Source of the DNA: Felis catus
Lineage: Eukaryota
Assembly: GCF_018350175.1 (NCBI RefSeq)
Contig: NC_058371.1
Coordinates: forward strand, 136,152,001 to 136,216,000
Reading direction: 5' to 3'
DNA: 64,000 bases
In this document: positions 34,231 through 47,389 of the stretch, piece by piece
Layout: each line of letters opens with the position of its first letter
Numbering within the stretch: the first letter of the stretch is position 1
The notes under the pieces: generated by a model
The model's input: the letters and a program-made list of their open reading frames with translations, nothing else
Told to the model about the DNA's origin: nothing
Databases searched by the model: none
Translations under genes and position numbers: made by a program

Positions 34231-37200
34231 TTTAGGAGGGCAGGATCATCAAGGAAACTCTAGGTACGTGTCTGTGATGCATATTGGGTGTTGGGTATTG
34301 GATATATTATGTATTATAAGACTGCTTTAAATAATTGCCACTTTTAATAGCTTTTATAAAGTGTCATTGTCCCTGAACACACCATCATTCAAAAAAATTG
34401 GTGGGGCAGGGGTTGTTTCACTGGTCAGGTAACCTGACCTTTTTCTTTAAAATTTCTTAGCTCTATGAAAGTTAAACCAGCAATTGAGGAGACTTTAGGA
34501 CTTTAACCGTGGAAAAGGTAAGGACGCTTTGCAGCAGTGGTCTCTGTCCTCCTGGCTTGCAGAAGCCAAGCTTTCCCGCACTGCCTCCCTGTGTCTGCCG
34601 AGAGAGAAGCACTGGGTGTGAGCTTCTAACTCGTAGAAGTGCTGGCTGTGTCTGACTCAGGCATAGACCTTCCGAGACACTGACAACTGTTGGGCTCTGG
34701 ATGCCAGCAGCACAGCTCGGTGCCAGGCTCAAAAAGCCCACAGTGCTCCGTAGAGGAAAATGAAATGCTGCTGACAAAACACCCTTAAAGCTTGGGCAGA
34801 ACTTGGGGGTTAGATTTACTGGGGAAACAAACAAACAAACAAAAAAAGCATTTAGAGAATAGCCTGTTTCTAAACCTTCCTCACTATAGCAAGAAATTTA
34901 GTTTCTGTTGAAGTGCAAACGTTCGAAAGTGAGGGATGTGAGGAGCTATTGCAACCACTGAATATGGGGCAGACCCCTTAAAATAAATAAGCACCATGTC
35001 CGCTCCCAAATAAATGGCTTTTGTGTGAGTATCGGGTGGGTTTGATAAGGATGGTGTTACAACATTTAATGAGGTGCAAGGGAAAAATGAGTTTCGTAAG
35101 TTCACATGGCTGTCATTATTTTCTCTCCTGTGTTCCCTTTCCCCCAAATTTCACTTTTATAGACCCACTTCTGGATCACTTGGCATCCACTACAGTAAAA
35201 GTCAAGGTGTGTGTTGATAATAGTGTTCACTGCATTTGCTGTGGGTATATATACATCTATTTTATGTACGGAGAAAGGCTGCAAACAAGGGAGAGGAACA
35301 AGAAAGCTGTGTGTAGACTGTTCTTATTGGCATATAGGAGCTGCTGGAGTCACACACAGAATCTTTTGAATGAACTAAATGTTCAGACAGACAGACACAC
35401 ATTTTCTAGGGCCGTATATTTCTCTTTTTGGTTGTTACTTTATGTGGATTTTATATCTTGGTCATTTTTAAAAAATCAATAATCATTGTGTTGATCGCTT
35501 TCTCATTTTTAAGTCATTTCCTTCAGCAACATTAGCTAAACACATTCCCAATTCTGTTCCACTCATTAGTATTAATGTAGTAATCATCATTCCCTTCCTT
35601 GGCTCCTTAGACTTGCTTCAATATTTACACATTGGCCGAAGCTGATTGAGCGGGAATAATGAGCCTTCGATATCTGCACTGCACAAGGTGGGTGAAGACT
35701 TGTTTCCACTGGGTAGAGTGTATGGCGGAATAAACGGTGTGTCATAATTATCAATGAAAATGACAGGCAGGGTCCCTGGTGCTTGTAACACTTGCCCAGC
35801 ATTGCAGTGGCTGTGGCATCACCCACTCTGGGCTGCTTCTGTGCATCGCAAGTGACCATGAAAAACAGAATTGCCCTTTAGCCTTCTCCAGCCTCCACTC
35901 AAATTATTATTTCATTCTTTTTAAGGGAAAGGTCCCTCATCGGTCAGAGGGCTTTTATATGGCCTCATCAGATGGGGAGGGCTTTTACCTCAGGCTTACT
36001 GAAGGTACAGTTTTATATGTAAAGAGTTTCTGTTGGAGTTTTTCCTATTTATTTTCTGGTAAAATAAACAAGTCAACTTTCCTGCCTTCATCAGACACTT
36101 AATTCAGTGGACATTTAGAAGCACTTGCTACTCGGGAGACACTGTGCTAAGAGCTAGAGACCCTTCTAGCTTAATCTTTCTTCTCAGCATGAAGTTAAAA
36201 TAAAAATAATATGAATTGAAGACAAGAGTTTTTGAAACATGGAGACATTCTAGAAGCATGCACTTAAGAGTTTGCTTGACCTAATTTCAGAGAAAGAGGA
36301 AAAATTCAAATATCTTTTCACTTCTAATAATATCCTTGTCTTCTCAACCAAATCACCAAAGTTTTCTAGAGACACATAATATTTTTCAAGAGAAGGAGAG
36401 CTCCTTTTGACTAGTATTTGCCTCCTAAGAGTAGGATGTTTGTATATTTAGACATCTGTGCTTCCTGTCACAGGACAGATGAAGACTTTTTCTCATTGCT
36501 TTAGGTTTTGAAGATTTGTTTTTATCGTTGGCAGTTCCCCCCTTTAGCACTAAAGCTGCAGGGTTGCCTCCCTGCTGAGAGTTCAGAATGTTTCCCTACC
36601 ACACAGACAGCACTCGTCTCCCCACACAGCATTCAGCTTCCACCGAATACTCTAGAATACATCTATATTCAGGGCTAATTGTTAATCCCTCATTCATTAC
36701 CCAGCTCTCGCTAGGGCTCTTGCCCATTTTTGTTTCTGTCAGCAGCTAAGAAAAGAAAAACACATCTAGGGGACATTATAAATCCCACCATCAGGCTGGA
36801 GATCTGAACCCAGAGGGAATTGTGAGGCAGTTTTAATTCACAAAACTGAGTAAGAACTGGTACAGAGGAGAGAGGAAAAATTGGAGGGAGAGTATAAAGA
36901 AGAGGCAGAGTGAGTAGGAGGGTGAGAAACCAATCAAAAGAGCTCTCGGGTTCACACAGCTGGAGCGAGGAAACCTAGAACCCAGAGCAGTCCAGAGCGC
37001 AGGGGTGTACCCCACTGTCTGGGGACTCCCGACCTGCAGACCCAGCCTTTCCACACAGGGTGCCAGGCAGCTCCACTCAGCTTTTCTGAGTTTTTTATTG
37101 TTGTCACTTCCCCAGATTAACCAGTTTGTGGGATAACCTTCTAATTTTAGAATCAGAAGAGATGTTAATAATTGTCAATTCTAACCATCTGTTTCCAAAG

Positions 37201-37745
37201 GTAAGAATACAAAGAATCTAAGAAGTTCATAAAATATACAATTTTGCAAAGCTGGCTCATGGCAGAGCCAGGCCTTTTGACTCTCAAGGCAGGGCAGTTT
37301 AGCTGTTGGAACCAAAGAAATAGCAGCTTCTGTGAGGTAGATGGAGTCATAAGGAGGTAATTCCCAAATGAGCAAAATAATTCATGAAGTAAAAATTCCA
37401 ACTGCAATCCAAATTCTTTGGCTGCTGACTAGACCAAGATCATAATAAACCAGAATCATAAATATAAACTGAAAAGAACTGTCTTGAGTGTCTTCCTCAA
37501 CTTTCTGTACCTTCTAACAGTATCTTGAGCTGGGACACTGGGAGTGTTTATATTTTCCTGTGGAAAAAACCCTTCTCTACTCTCCAGGAATTGTCGTTAG
37601 CCACACTGATTGATTGACTGATCAAGTCTTTTATTCATTCAGTCATCCATTGCATATTTATGGAGTCTGCTTTGTTCGAGTTCCTGAATTACAGAAATCC
37701 CTTTCTAAAGAAAGCCATAGATAGTCTCAACATAAGACATTTTCT

Positions 37746-37943
37746 TTAAAAAAATTTTTTTTTAATGTTTATTTTTGAGAGAGAGACAGAGCTTGAGCAG
37801 AGAGAGGGAGACAGAATCCAAAGCAGTCTCCAGGCTCTGAGCTATTAGCACAGAGTCTGATGCGGGGCTCGAACTCACAGACTGTGAGATCATGACCTGA
37901 GCTGAAGTCGGACGCTTAACTGACTGCGCCACCCAGGTGCCCG
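37746..37943 (-). mobile_element. SINEC
   Basis: 12-bp TSD aagacattttct at 37734-37745 and 37944-37955. Confidence 0.96.
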
Positions 37944-38209
37944 AAGACATTTTCTAAACAATTAAAATCTGGTTTAGTACATCAATTATAAAAGAAATAA
38001 AACTTAAAAGGGATAAAAAAGTAGCTGGCATATCAGCATTCATTCTTCGTTTCAAATAGCCTAGCCCACAAAGCTATATTAGTTATTTTTTAAAAGGAGG
38101 GGGGGATTTGTTAGGAATCTTCCCCCAGCCCCAGAATTTCTTAATAGAGAAGGTTGCTGCTTATAGAAGATACAATCTTTGCTGAGCTCCTGCTGTGAAC
38201 TAGGTGACA

Positions 38210-38355
38210 TGACTTTATAATTTCATCTAATTACACTTATCATCTCCAAGATACTCTAGCCCAATTTACAGGTAAGTATATGAAGGCTCAAACAATTAAG
38301 TGAGTTTCTCATGGCACTAATTTAAAGTAACAGAGTCAGAATTCAGATCTAATGA
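38210..38355 (-). mobile_element. MIR fragment
   Basis: cccaatttacaggtaagtatatgaaggctcaaacaattaagtga...aacagagtcagaattcaga. Confidence 0.65.
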
Positions 38356-38537
38356 GCCCCATTTTCCTCTCTTCCCACCACTAAGTCTTGGGGTAACCAA
38401 GGTTGACTGGTGATCACTTGGCTCCATGAGTTGGTGATTGTTGTCTCCTCCAGATGATAGACTGGGAATATTTGTAGAGATTGGGGTAGAAGACTTGCCT
38501 AAAGTAAATGGTTTCTCTATATTAAAGTTACTTATTT

Positions 38538-38716
38538 GGGGGTACCTGGGTGGCTCAGTCGGTTAAGTGTTAGACTTCTGCTCAGGTCATGATCTCATGG
38601 TTTGTGACTTCTGGCCCCGCGTCAGGCTCTGTGTTGACAGCTCAGAGCCTGGAGCCTGCTTCAGATTCTGTGTCTCCTGCTCTCTCTGCCCCTCCCCTGT
38701 TCATGGTCTGTCTGTC

Positions 38717-38754
<38 letters not shown>

Positions 38755-38788
38755 AAAAACAAACATTAAAAAAGTTAAAAAAAATAAA
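38538..38788 (+). mobile_element. SINEC
   Basis: gggggtacctgggtggctcagtcggttaag, expanded (CTGT)/(CT) tract and A-rich tail. Confidence 0.96.
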
Positions 38789-38789
38789 A

Positions 38790-39030
38790 TTATTTGTTCA
38801 ACATCAAATGCCTCAGTTGTACCAGCCCTGTACTAAGTGTTAATCCAAGGACAAATTAAGACATTTCTTTCTCTTAAGAAGCTCATGGTCTACTAGGGGT
38901 GGCAGTGACATGGGTGTGTATGCAAATAAGTGCAACACAGTGTTCTGTGACTCCATAATAAATTGGCATGTATGTTACTGTGCGTGGACAAAGAATGGAG
39001 TGGTCAATTTTCCTTGGGAGCAAGGGCAGG
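38790..39030 (-). mobile_element. L2 3' terminus
   Basis: ttatttgttcaacatc...ccagccctgtactaagtg...aagaagctcatggtctactagggg. Confidence 0.65.
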
Positions 39031-39859
39031 TGTGAGGACATTTTCCATTAAAATGAGACCATGGATTTTAAATTACCTTCACAGTGTTTAGTCTATACGT
39101 TGCCAGCCATATTTGTTGTTGTAAGAACCAGAAAGACTGAAATGGATATATTACATTTATTTTGTTCTGCTGCTTTATTTTCACAAATTCTACTCCCTTA
39201 TGTTTTTTCTTGGTCCATACTTGTTTTTATTTGAAGCCATGGGGGATTGTGAGCTAGATTTTTTTGTTGGGGCAGCTTTACCTGCTTCTAGCTTCTTAAA
39301 AAACAAGAACAGAAACACAGGGAGCACCAGATTCTCCAGAGTAAATCGTTAACTTGGGATTTAAAAACGCTTCTACTGTTTCACTAATCAACCTTTTACA
39401 CTTCTGTTATAACCTCTTCTTCAACCAAATTCATGTAGTAGAAGGATGAAACTCTTGGGAGAAGAGAACAACAAGTTTACAAAGATAAGAGAAAGCAGCA
39501 ACATGGTGGATTTGTTCTTCTGATGAGCTTCAAGTGAGTGTATGTGTGTGGTTTCCTTAAGCCACTGGGAAAGTTTTTAATGCTCATAGAAACTAAAAAG
39601 TCCTGGAGAGTTACAGAAAGCCCCAGCAGTCACCAGATGACACTTGAAAGAAACTGAAGCCATATATCCACCCCAGAAAGAGATGGGGAAAGGACATCAG
39701 TAGGGGTCCAGCTGCACTGGGGATTTTTTGTTTTTGTTGTTTTTTCCCGTACAAAAGTACATGTTGCAGACATATCTTCATCAATCATCCTCCAAACACA
39801 ATTACACAATCATGTTGGCAGCTTATGTCCTTATTTTCACATACATTCTTATATGGTAG

Positions 39860-39862
<3 letters not shown>

Positions 39863-39922
<60 letters not shown>

Positions 39923-39924
39923 CT
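39863..39924. repeat. (CT)n microsatellite, one interruption
   Basis: Visible array. Confidence 0.97.
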
Positions 39925-40769
39925 GTTTCTTTCTGTAGTCAGTCTTGCTAACTCTCCATGTAACACTCCTTGTCCTTTACCAAATTACTCAAAGCCACAG
40001 CAGCATAAAAGTTGAAGAGTTGTCATCTTTAGGTGTTGGGGGCATCTTGAGTTGCAACTTGAGACTGAGTCCACTCCGAGAAACACACATCTCTGCTGTT
40101 GTTTTTACTCATGTTGAAGCCACTTGCCATTAAGACTTTTTCAGGGGAAAAAGAGGTGATAGTGACAAACTTACTAGTTAAGAACAAATGAACCCAGTTC
40201 TAAAAGGTGTGTGGTAATATCCACTTTTGTTGTCTTTCTTATTCAGTGTGTGCCAGCTTAATAAAATAATCCCATTTACAGACATGCTGCCCAAAGATGT
40301 CTACCATCCACATCTGAGCTTTCTTCTTCTCATTAAACAGACTGTCTTAGAGTAGGAGAAAGTAGTGTCTTTGGGTCTCAACTCCAAATGCCTATGGGAG
40401 AGAATTTTGGGGCCCAGGTTGGATTTGATAAACTAGCTTGCTCCAGTTAGCTATAACAGGGATTGGGCTCAGAAGTGGAAGCAGAGATAATGAGTCTAGT
40501 CCTGTGCACTGTGGATAAAGCCAGTTACTAGTGGGTGGCAGTTCTTTGAGACACAACTAAAAAGCATTTGTTAAAGGTGCATATAAAGACGGTCCTGACT
40601 TTGCTTCTAATAACCCAGATATCTCCAGTAGTTCATTCACATTATCTGTGACTTACTTTCCCTCTACTTAAAGCAATAATTTGAAATAGATAATATTTAA
40701 ACCCTTTTCCAGCTGTAAAACTATGAAAATTGTACCTACAATCTAAGTGCTCTTTTTTTTTCAGTTGTA

Positions 40770-42000
40770 ACTGTAACTTCTGGTTGAACATATCAAATAG
40801 AAACCAAGCATTTATCTCAGGTCCCTTCTAAACTCCAACTAAAATAGTAATGAAGAAAAGAAGTGGCATAAACTTACAAAAATTAAAAACAACATGGTTG
40901 GAAAGGACAACAAGTGAGAAATGACAGTAAAACTCCAGAAGCTGTAAAGCTAATGGACGGATGATGATTGACTTGGTAGAGTGGGAGACAAAATCTTAGC
41001 CTAACAAGGCCAGCAAGAAGGTAGCCAATCTATCCATTGAACACCTGAAAGTCTCAAGAAAAGAGACACTAGTTACCTCTGATGAAGAGGGTGCAAAAGA
41101 AGGTTGAAAACATGAGTATTGCTTGAAAGTCTTTATAAGGAACTATGAGAACCTCGGAAGGACCTCCCTGCCCTGCATATATATCAGAGATACTCAAATC
41201 CCCCTTCCTAAGGGGCCAGATGACCTGAAATTTACTCTGAAGAAACTCAACCAGAGGGGCCCTGGATCCAGACCTTGAAAAGGCAGGGGTGAGGTGCTAT
41301 AATGAAACTGAGGAGCTCTACTAGGAAAATCCTCTTTCTGACACAGACCCTTTCCCCTTGGCTTCCAGAATACCAGCAACCAGGCAGAAGATTGGAGAGC
41401 TACTTTCTGGGGAAATATAATGACTTGTGAAAAACACTTATACTGACCATTTGGAGTGTCCTAGAAAAATAGCCAGGTTTTTAACTCCCTAACCATCATT
41501 GATAGACTGCACCATGTCTGCCATTATCTACATGAACAGATAGACAATGATCTCAGGACATGTGAAAAAAGCCTCTAATACAAAAACCAGAGACCAAAAC
41601 CAGTAAACAAAAGAAAGTAGTGAGGGGATTTGGAAACAATACAGAAAACAGAAGAAAACATAAAAAAAAATCTATATTATTTCCCAAGAGATGAGAGAAG
41701 CTGTTACATAGTAAAGCAGTAAGAAAGATAGAAATAAACACTCACAGAATACAAAGTAGCTCCAGGAAATACTAGCAGGTATAGCCCAAACAACACATTC
41801 AGGGAAAGGATTGAAAGTTAAAATTAAGAGTTGAGAAGGGAGAAAAAAAATACAGATGGAAAGTAGAATAGAATAAGAAAATTAGGAGCCATCTAAGATA
41901 TCAAACATGGGATTGATAACTAATTATTGACTCCAGGAAAAATGGAAATTTATATAAGAAAGGAAATGTAATCAGAAAATACGAGATGGTTTTGAAGTGA
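40770..42000 (+). mobile_element. Ancient L1ME-type 5' UTR/ORF1 remnant
   Basis: aacttctggttgaacat...catttatctc...aaactccaactaaaat start motif, followed by A-rich ORF1-like sequence. Confidence 0.6.
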
Positions 42001-42079
42001 ACAATACTGGTATAGTTGTCATCATCATCATCATCATAAACCATTTAATATCTACTTAATGAAGGTTGTAGTGTACCTG

Positions 42080-43270
42080 CTTTTTGTTGTATTGTAGTGA
42101 GGCTGGATGTATGAAAATGTATTGCTTATCATTTTTTATTATAAGTTCTTACTGGGGCGCCTGGGTGGCACAGTCGGTTAAGCGTCTGACTTCAGCCAGG
42201 TCACGATCTCGCGGTCCGGGAATTCGAGCCCTGCGTCAGGCTCTGGGCTGGTTGCTCAGAGCCTGGAGCCTGTTTCCGATTCTGTGTCTCCCTCTCTCTC
42301 TGCCCCTCCCCCGTTCATGCTCTGTCTCTCTCTGTCCCAAAAATAAATAAACGTTGAAAAAAAAATAAGTTCTTACTCATGCCTTTGCTTATTTTCATTG
42401 GTTTATTTACCTTTTATTATCATTTTGTAAGTATTCCTGATACAATAAAAATATGTGTCCTTGACTATGATATGATGCGATGCAAATTTTGTTTTCAGTT
42501 TGTCTTTGATCTTGTTATTTTACTCATGGTATCTTTGTAATACATAGAATATATACAATTTAAGTTTCAGATCTATCAAATTTTTTATTATTTTCTTATT
42601 TTCACATTGTTCAGAAAGTTCTTCACTGAAATAAGTATACCATTAACTTTTGTTTTCTTCTTTGATTGTTATGGTTTTCATTTACACATGGGGCTTTTTA
42701 AATACATTTATATGCATGAGTGTAGCTAGAACTATATTATTCTTTTTCTGCAATTAAAGTTAACTCATTATCCTATCATGATTTATGGTATTGCCCAACC
42801 GTTTTTTAACCTTGGTTCAAAATGCCATTATTTCCATGTACCAAATTCTTACATATGCTTAGATAATTTCTGGACTTTAAATTCATAGCTTTATTCACAC
42901 AGGTACAAAACATTTCCCAGTGAATTATTTCTTATATAACAGGTGTTTTATTATTGTGAGTGGGATTTTTTAAAATCCATGATATTCTCTAACAAATTAT
43001 TAGTATTAAATGGGATAGTTATTGCTATATGTATATTTATCCTATAACATAACATCTTGCTGAACATTATTTCTAATAACACTTGAATTGGCCTAGCCAG
43101 ATACACGATTACACGACTTCCAAATTATTGCAAATGTGTTTTCTGCTTTCAAATATTCATGCTTTAGATTTTGTTTTCATGTCTTGGTTCAAGCTTTCAG
43201 AATAATGTTGAATAGTAATGGTGACTGTGGACATTCTAACTCCTGACTTTCATGGGACTGCCTTTAGAGA
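42080..43270 (-). mobile_element. Ancient L1ME ORF2 remnant
   Basis: T-rich antisense L1 body, e.g. tttcagaataatgttgaatagtaatggtgactgtggacattct and catgcctttgcttattttc. Confidence 0.7.
42154..42364 (+). mobile_element. SINEC, young felid subfamily
   Basis: Diagnostic ttcagccaggtcacgatc and aaacgttgaa. 13-bp TSD ataagttcttact at 42141-42153 and 42365-42377. Confidence 0.98.
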
Positions 43271-43279
43271 ACTGATATG

Positions 43280-43560
43280 AACTCAAATGCCTGGCAGGGA
43301 AGAAACAAGTGACGTGGACCGATGTAAGGAAAATAACAAGGCAAGTGGCATGAAACAAGTCACTGCCACCTGTTCTCTGTGCAGAGGAAAGAGTGCAAAA
43401 TGCTGGTAACTGTGGCAAACTGAAGCATCCATGAGTAGCCAGACTGCTGTGGGAAGCCATTATTAAGCTATAGTTAATTTTTGTCATGTGGGCCTAAGTT
43501 GCCAGAAGCCAAAAATCTGGACGTATGTAAAATATTGTGACTTTTAAATTCTGGCGACGA
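43280..43560. mobile_element. Possible hAT-type DNA transposon remnant (MER-like, subfamily not assigned)
   Basis: aactcaaatgcc...actgtggcaaactg...gttgccagaagccaaaaatctgga...ttttaaattctggc resembles a recalled MER consensus. Confidence 0.4.
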
Positions 43561-43734
43561 AGCAGGGTGTTTATTTTCCATCCCTATTCTATATTGCAAG
43601 GGGGCAGATTTTTAAAGTTTCCAAAAAATCTATAGGTTAGGAGCCTGTAATTGCCATGACAAAATTCATGTGACAGTTTATTTATATGCTCATATTGCAA
43701 CTCATATTGCAACATCTAATTACAATGGATTCTT

Positions 43735-43866
43735 ATATATCAGTCTCTTCTGCTGGATGATGAGACCCTTGGTAATGGGGACTATGACTTACTCTTCCTT
43801 GTATCTGTGATGTCTTACAGAAGGCCATGTGGCACAGCAAACTTACTCAAAAGTGTTGAATTGAAT
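43735..43866 (+). mobile_element. L2 3' terminus
   Basis: ggatgatgagacccttggtaatgggactatgactt...gtggcacagc...gtgttgaattgaat. Confidence 0.55.
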
Positions 43867-45264
43867 AATGCTGCTAAAAATATGAAATAATTTTTGTATA
43901 TACTTAGAAATTTACATATTTTAAAATTATGTTTGTACACATTATTTCATTTGATTATACATTCTACTAATTTCAAGAGGAAAAACAGCTGTAATCAAAG
44001 TAGCTGAGTGATCTTAGAAGATAAATTTCAACCTAAGACTAATAAAGTAAGGCACAGTCTTTCTTTGGTAACAATTGAGAGTTTTTTTTTGTTTTTTGTT
44101 TTTGCAGAAAATATGATTTATATGGGAAGAATAAGATATATTGGGTAAATATTGAGGGATAGCTCACAATTTGAATGACAAAAACTGGTTTTTGGAATTA
44201 TGTTAAGCTTCCTGGTCTTATTTTCTCTGATGTAGGTCAACTTGCCAAAGCCTTGAACACAGTGCTTGCAAAGACATTCATGATGTTTACTAAACTGAAA
44301 GAAAATCCTTTATGCTGCTTTAACTACATATATATAAGGCTGGTTTTTTTTTTCCCAAGTGGAAATAGTCATAACCCAGGCCAAAGCCTGAAAACTCCCA
44401 AGAGCATTGCTGGTCAGCTGCACAGCAAGACCATGTTACTACTTGCATGGCAAGTGCAGGTAATTCATTCTCATGACAATGTCAAGACAGAAGGGCTAAA
44501 ATGAAAACAGTAGTGAGTGATGTGTCACTGCTTGACCTTTTTCACTGGGGAAATGTGAATATAAGAGAAAGTAATTTAAACAGAAGTAAAATAGGGCTAC
44601 CTTTACTTTGTGAAAATCCCTGAAGCCCGTTGTCATTCTTCTAGTACCACACAACTCTCATCTGTGCCCTAGACCAAAGTTATTTGGGATGGCTAAACTA
44701 GGGCCAAATTTTTTAAAAAACAAAACAAAACCTAGACAACAGGAAAACAGTGAAGGAACCGTGGCCTCAATATTACAGGATAATAAGTCATACGAAGTAG
44801 AAGTGAAATGATAACGTCATGTTGAAAGTGATATTTCAGGAAGATTAATTTAGTGGTTCTTTTCATCATCACTGATTGAAAGGGAGAAAGAGGAAATCAA
44901 TAGTTTAAAAAGTCTACCTCCAAGATGTAGGTGTACCTTTGTAGCATACGAACTACAGGAAGGGTGACATGAACAAAAGGGTGGCAGCAAGGACACTGCA
45001 AAGGAGCAGGAATAGGGCTCAGGGATCATATGGATATAGGTGTGTGTGGGGGGGGGGGGCGGTGAGAGAAATAAAATATCTCCTCTACCCCATACCATGG
45101 CTTGATGTTCATGATCAAATGGTCATTTAGTGTTAGACAAATTACTCTAAAGTAGACTGGTTTTAAAAAGGAAATTTGAAAACATTCTGTGTATTTTTTT
45201 CCTGACTTGGTAGCGATTCCCTTTTACCACATTCTTTCATCACTAAGAATATATAATTAAGAGT

Positions 45265-45430
45265 CAGCACAATGCAGTGAATACAACAGTAAAGTAAGCT
45301 GGCAGTGCTAAGTTCAAGTTCCTCTTCTGCCCTCAAATAACTCTGTGACTTACCTTTTTGAAGCCTCAGCTGTAAAATGAGTTTGGGCTGGACATTCTGT
45401 AAGGCCTGTTTCATTTCTAAATTTCTATAT
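45265..45430 (+). mobile_element. MIR3/MIRc
   Basis: aagttcaagttcctcttctgcc...aactctgtgactt...aagcctcagctgtaaaatgag...ctaaatttctata. Confidence 0.65.
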
Positions 45431-47389
45431 TGCAATATTTTCTCTAATGTAAAAGATGAAAATATGGCATTTCTATGAAGGGTGTTGCTTCCTTAAGGTG
45501 TAGAATTTTCCTTTGACCTTTGTCATTTTATTGGCATCTATCTTTATCAGAAAACCCTTTATGTTTAAAGACTTCCATAAATTCCAGTTTGTGAACTCAG
45601 GAAAATGGAAAGAAGAATAATGCTGTTACAGGCAGTCGAGCAGGCCAGAAAAACAGAAAACGAAACTAAGTCAACAAGCAAAATGATGGATGCCACACAA
45701 GCTAAAGGGTGTTTTAGAAGGGAGAGAAATGCCACTGCACCAAACCATATGGCTCATTAAAACCGGAGAGGACATCAGCACATGCCTTGAATATGGGTGG
45801 ATTTGTCAGCTCATTCCTTCTTTAACCCGCTGACAAAATTCCTATTTTGGGGAATTGAACCAAGATTAAAGTGGCAACAAGGTGAACAATGGGAGATGGA
45901 AAAATAACACTTGCCCTGATGATTTAAGCTGAAACTATAGTAAGTCACAAACAGCTTGGAGTAATTTCATTTGTGCCAACCTGGGAGCAGATAGATTTCT
46001 GAGACTGCACTAAGGTTCCCATCTGTCTAGCTTCTGTCCACTTCTTTTAGGATCATCAATAGCTAAAGGCTTTTAATCTTGGAAAAATATCACCTATTTT
46101 CCAATTAGGACTAAGGTTCAAAATACAGATATTCCTGGAGGCAATATTATGTTGGCTTAAACTCGTACTAGACTGTGAGTGACTGGTAGAAGATTTTGCC
46201 TAAAAGTAGGTTTTGAGAGCACAGAACTAGAAAGAGATATGTTTCTAAAATCCACCCTAAGAAGGATGCTATAGAGAGAAAAGAAAAGGTCACTAAAGAA
46301 CAGTAACTGACTTGCTTGCTTTACACTTTGCAAAAGCTAACGTATTTGATCCTCAGAATTAGTCATTGTAAGCTGTCCTTGGGAGCCACATTTGTGTTGA
46401 TGGTTTCTGTTAGCGATTAAAGAGATTTCTGGATCTTTCTCTACTCCTTGAATCCTTCTGCCCAAGGCATCAGCCTTGTTGCTTCTCTATTGGTAGAAGC
46501 AGAATGGCTAAGATGATTGCTGGAAGGAAACAAGGAGAAACCAAGGTGCATTTCCTACTTAGTAAACCCGTTTCTCTTGGCCTGGGTGGAGCTTCTCTAG
46601 GAACAAATACTCCCATGTACGAAGAGATGCCTCAGAGTCAAGATTATTGAAAAATGGATTGGCAGACTAAGTTTCTGAAGGAATAAATATGTGCCTTTCA
46701 TAAGTATAAGAAAAAACTTGCTCATTGGACTTCAAGATTAGCTTTGAAAGCAGCAGTTAAGTCTTGTGAGCACCTACTCTCTATTATTATAGCTAATCGA
46801 AAATCCATAATGTGAACTAAGCACATTTTTTACTAAAGGGAAAAAAGATGAGTTCAGCTAGAGCGGTTTGCAAAGTAGCCCGGATGCTGCTCTCTAATGA
46901 TGTCTTAATGTAAAATTATCAATAGAAGAGAGAAAGGAACATATTGGGTCATGCATTTAAAGAAATGATGACTCAAGAGTATAGGGCTTGAATGAATGGG
47001 GTCTTCATTTCTGAACTTTAGCAGACCTTGCTGATATTTTTAGCTGCCTTTAAACAGTCATGAGAATTAGCTCAGCATGTGAAAGAAATTAGGTCAAAGT
47101 TTTAAGGAAAACAGGATGAGGGAAAAATTGTTTACATGGAAAGCCTGAGCAATGGCACAAGTCCTGCCCTTCTTCTGATTGCCAATGTCCTCAGCAGAAC
47201 CACTGCAGTGACGATGTGGAGGTGGAGAGTGGAGAAAAAAGGTCAACAGGACGCAAGATGTTGCCTTAGCCCATCTGCAAAATGTTCATCTGCAAAACTC
47301 AGTTTTAGGGCTTATGCAGAACAGGCTTGGAATTACCAATTTATTTTCAAAAATTCACCAGTTTGGGGAGTGGGAATCTAACTGGATTT

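Noticed and set aside
35021-35482. 153-aa ORF, among the longest gap-free ORFs outside recognised repeats
   Set aside because: No recognisable domain, and it reads through a polypyrimidine tract and TA repeats. Only the internal 44-nt candidate exon is retained as a lead.
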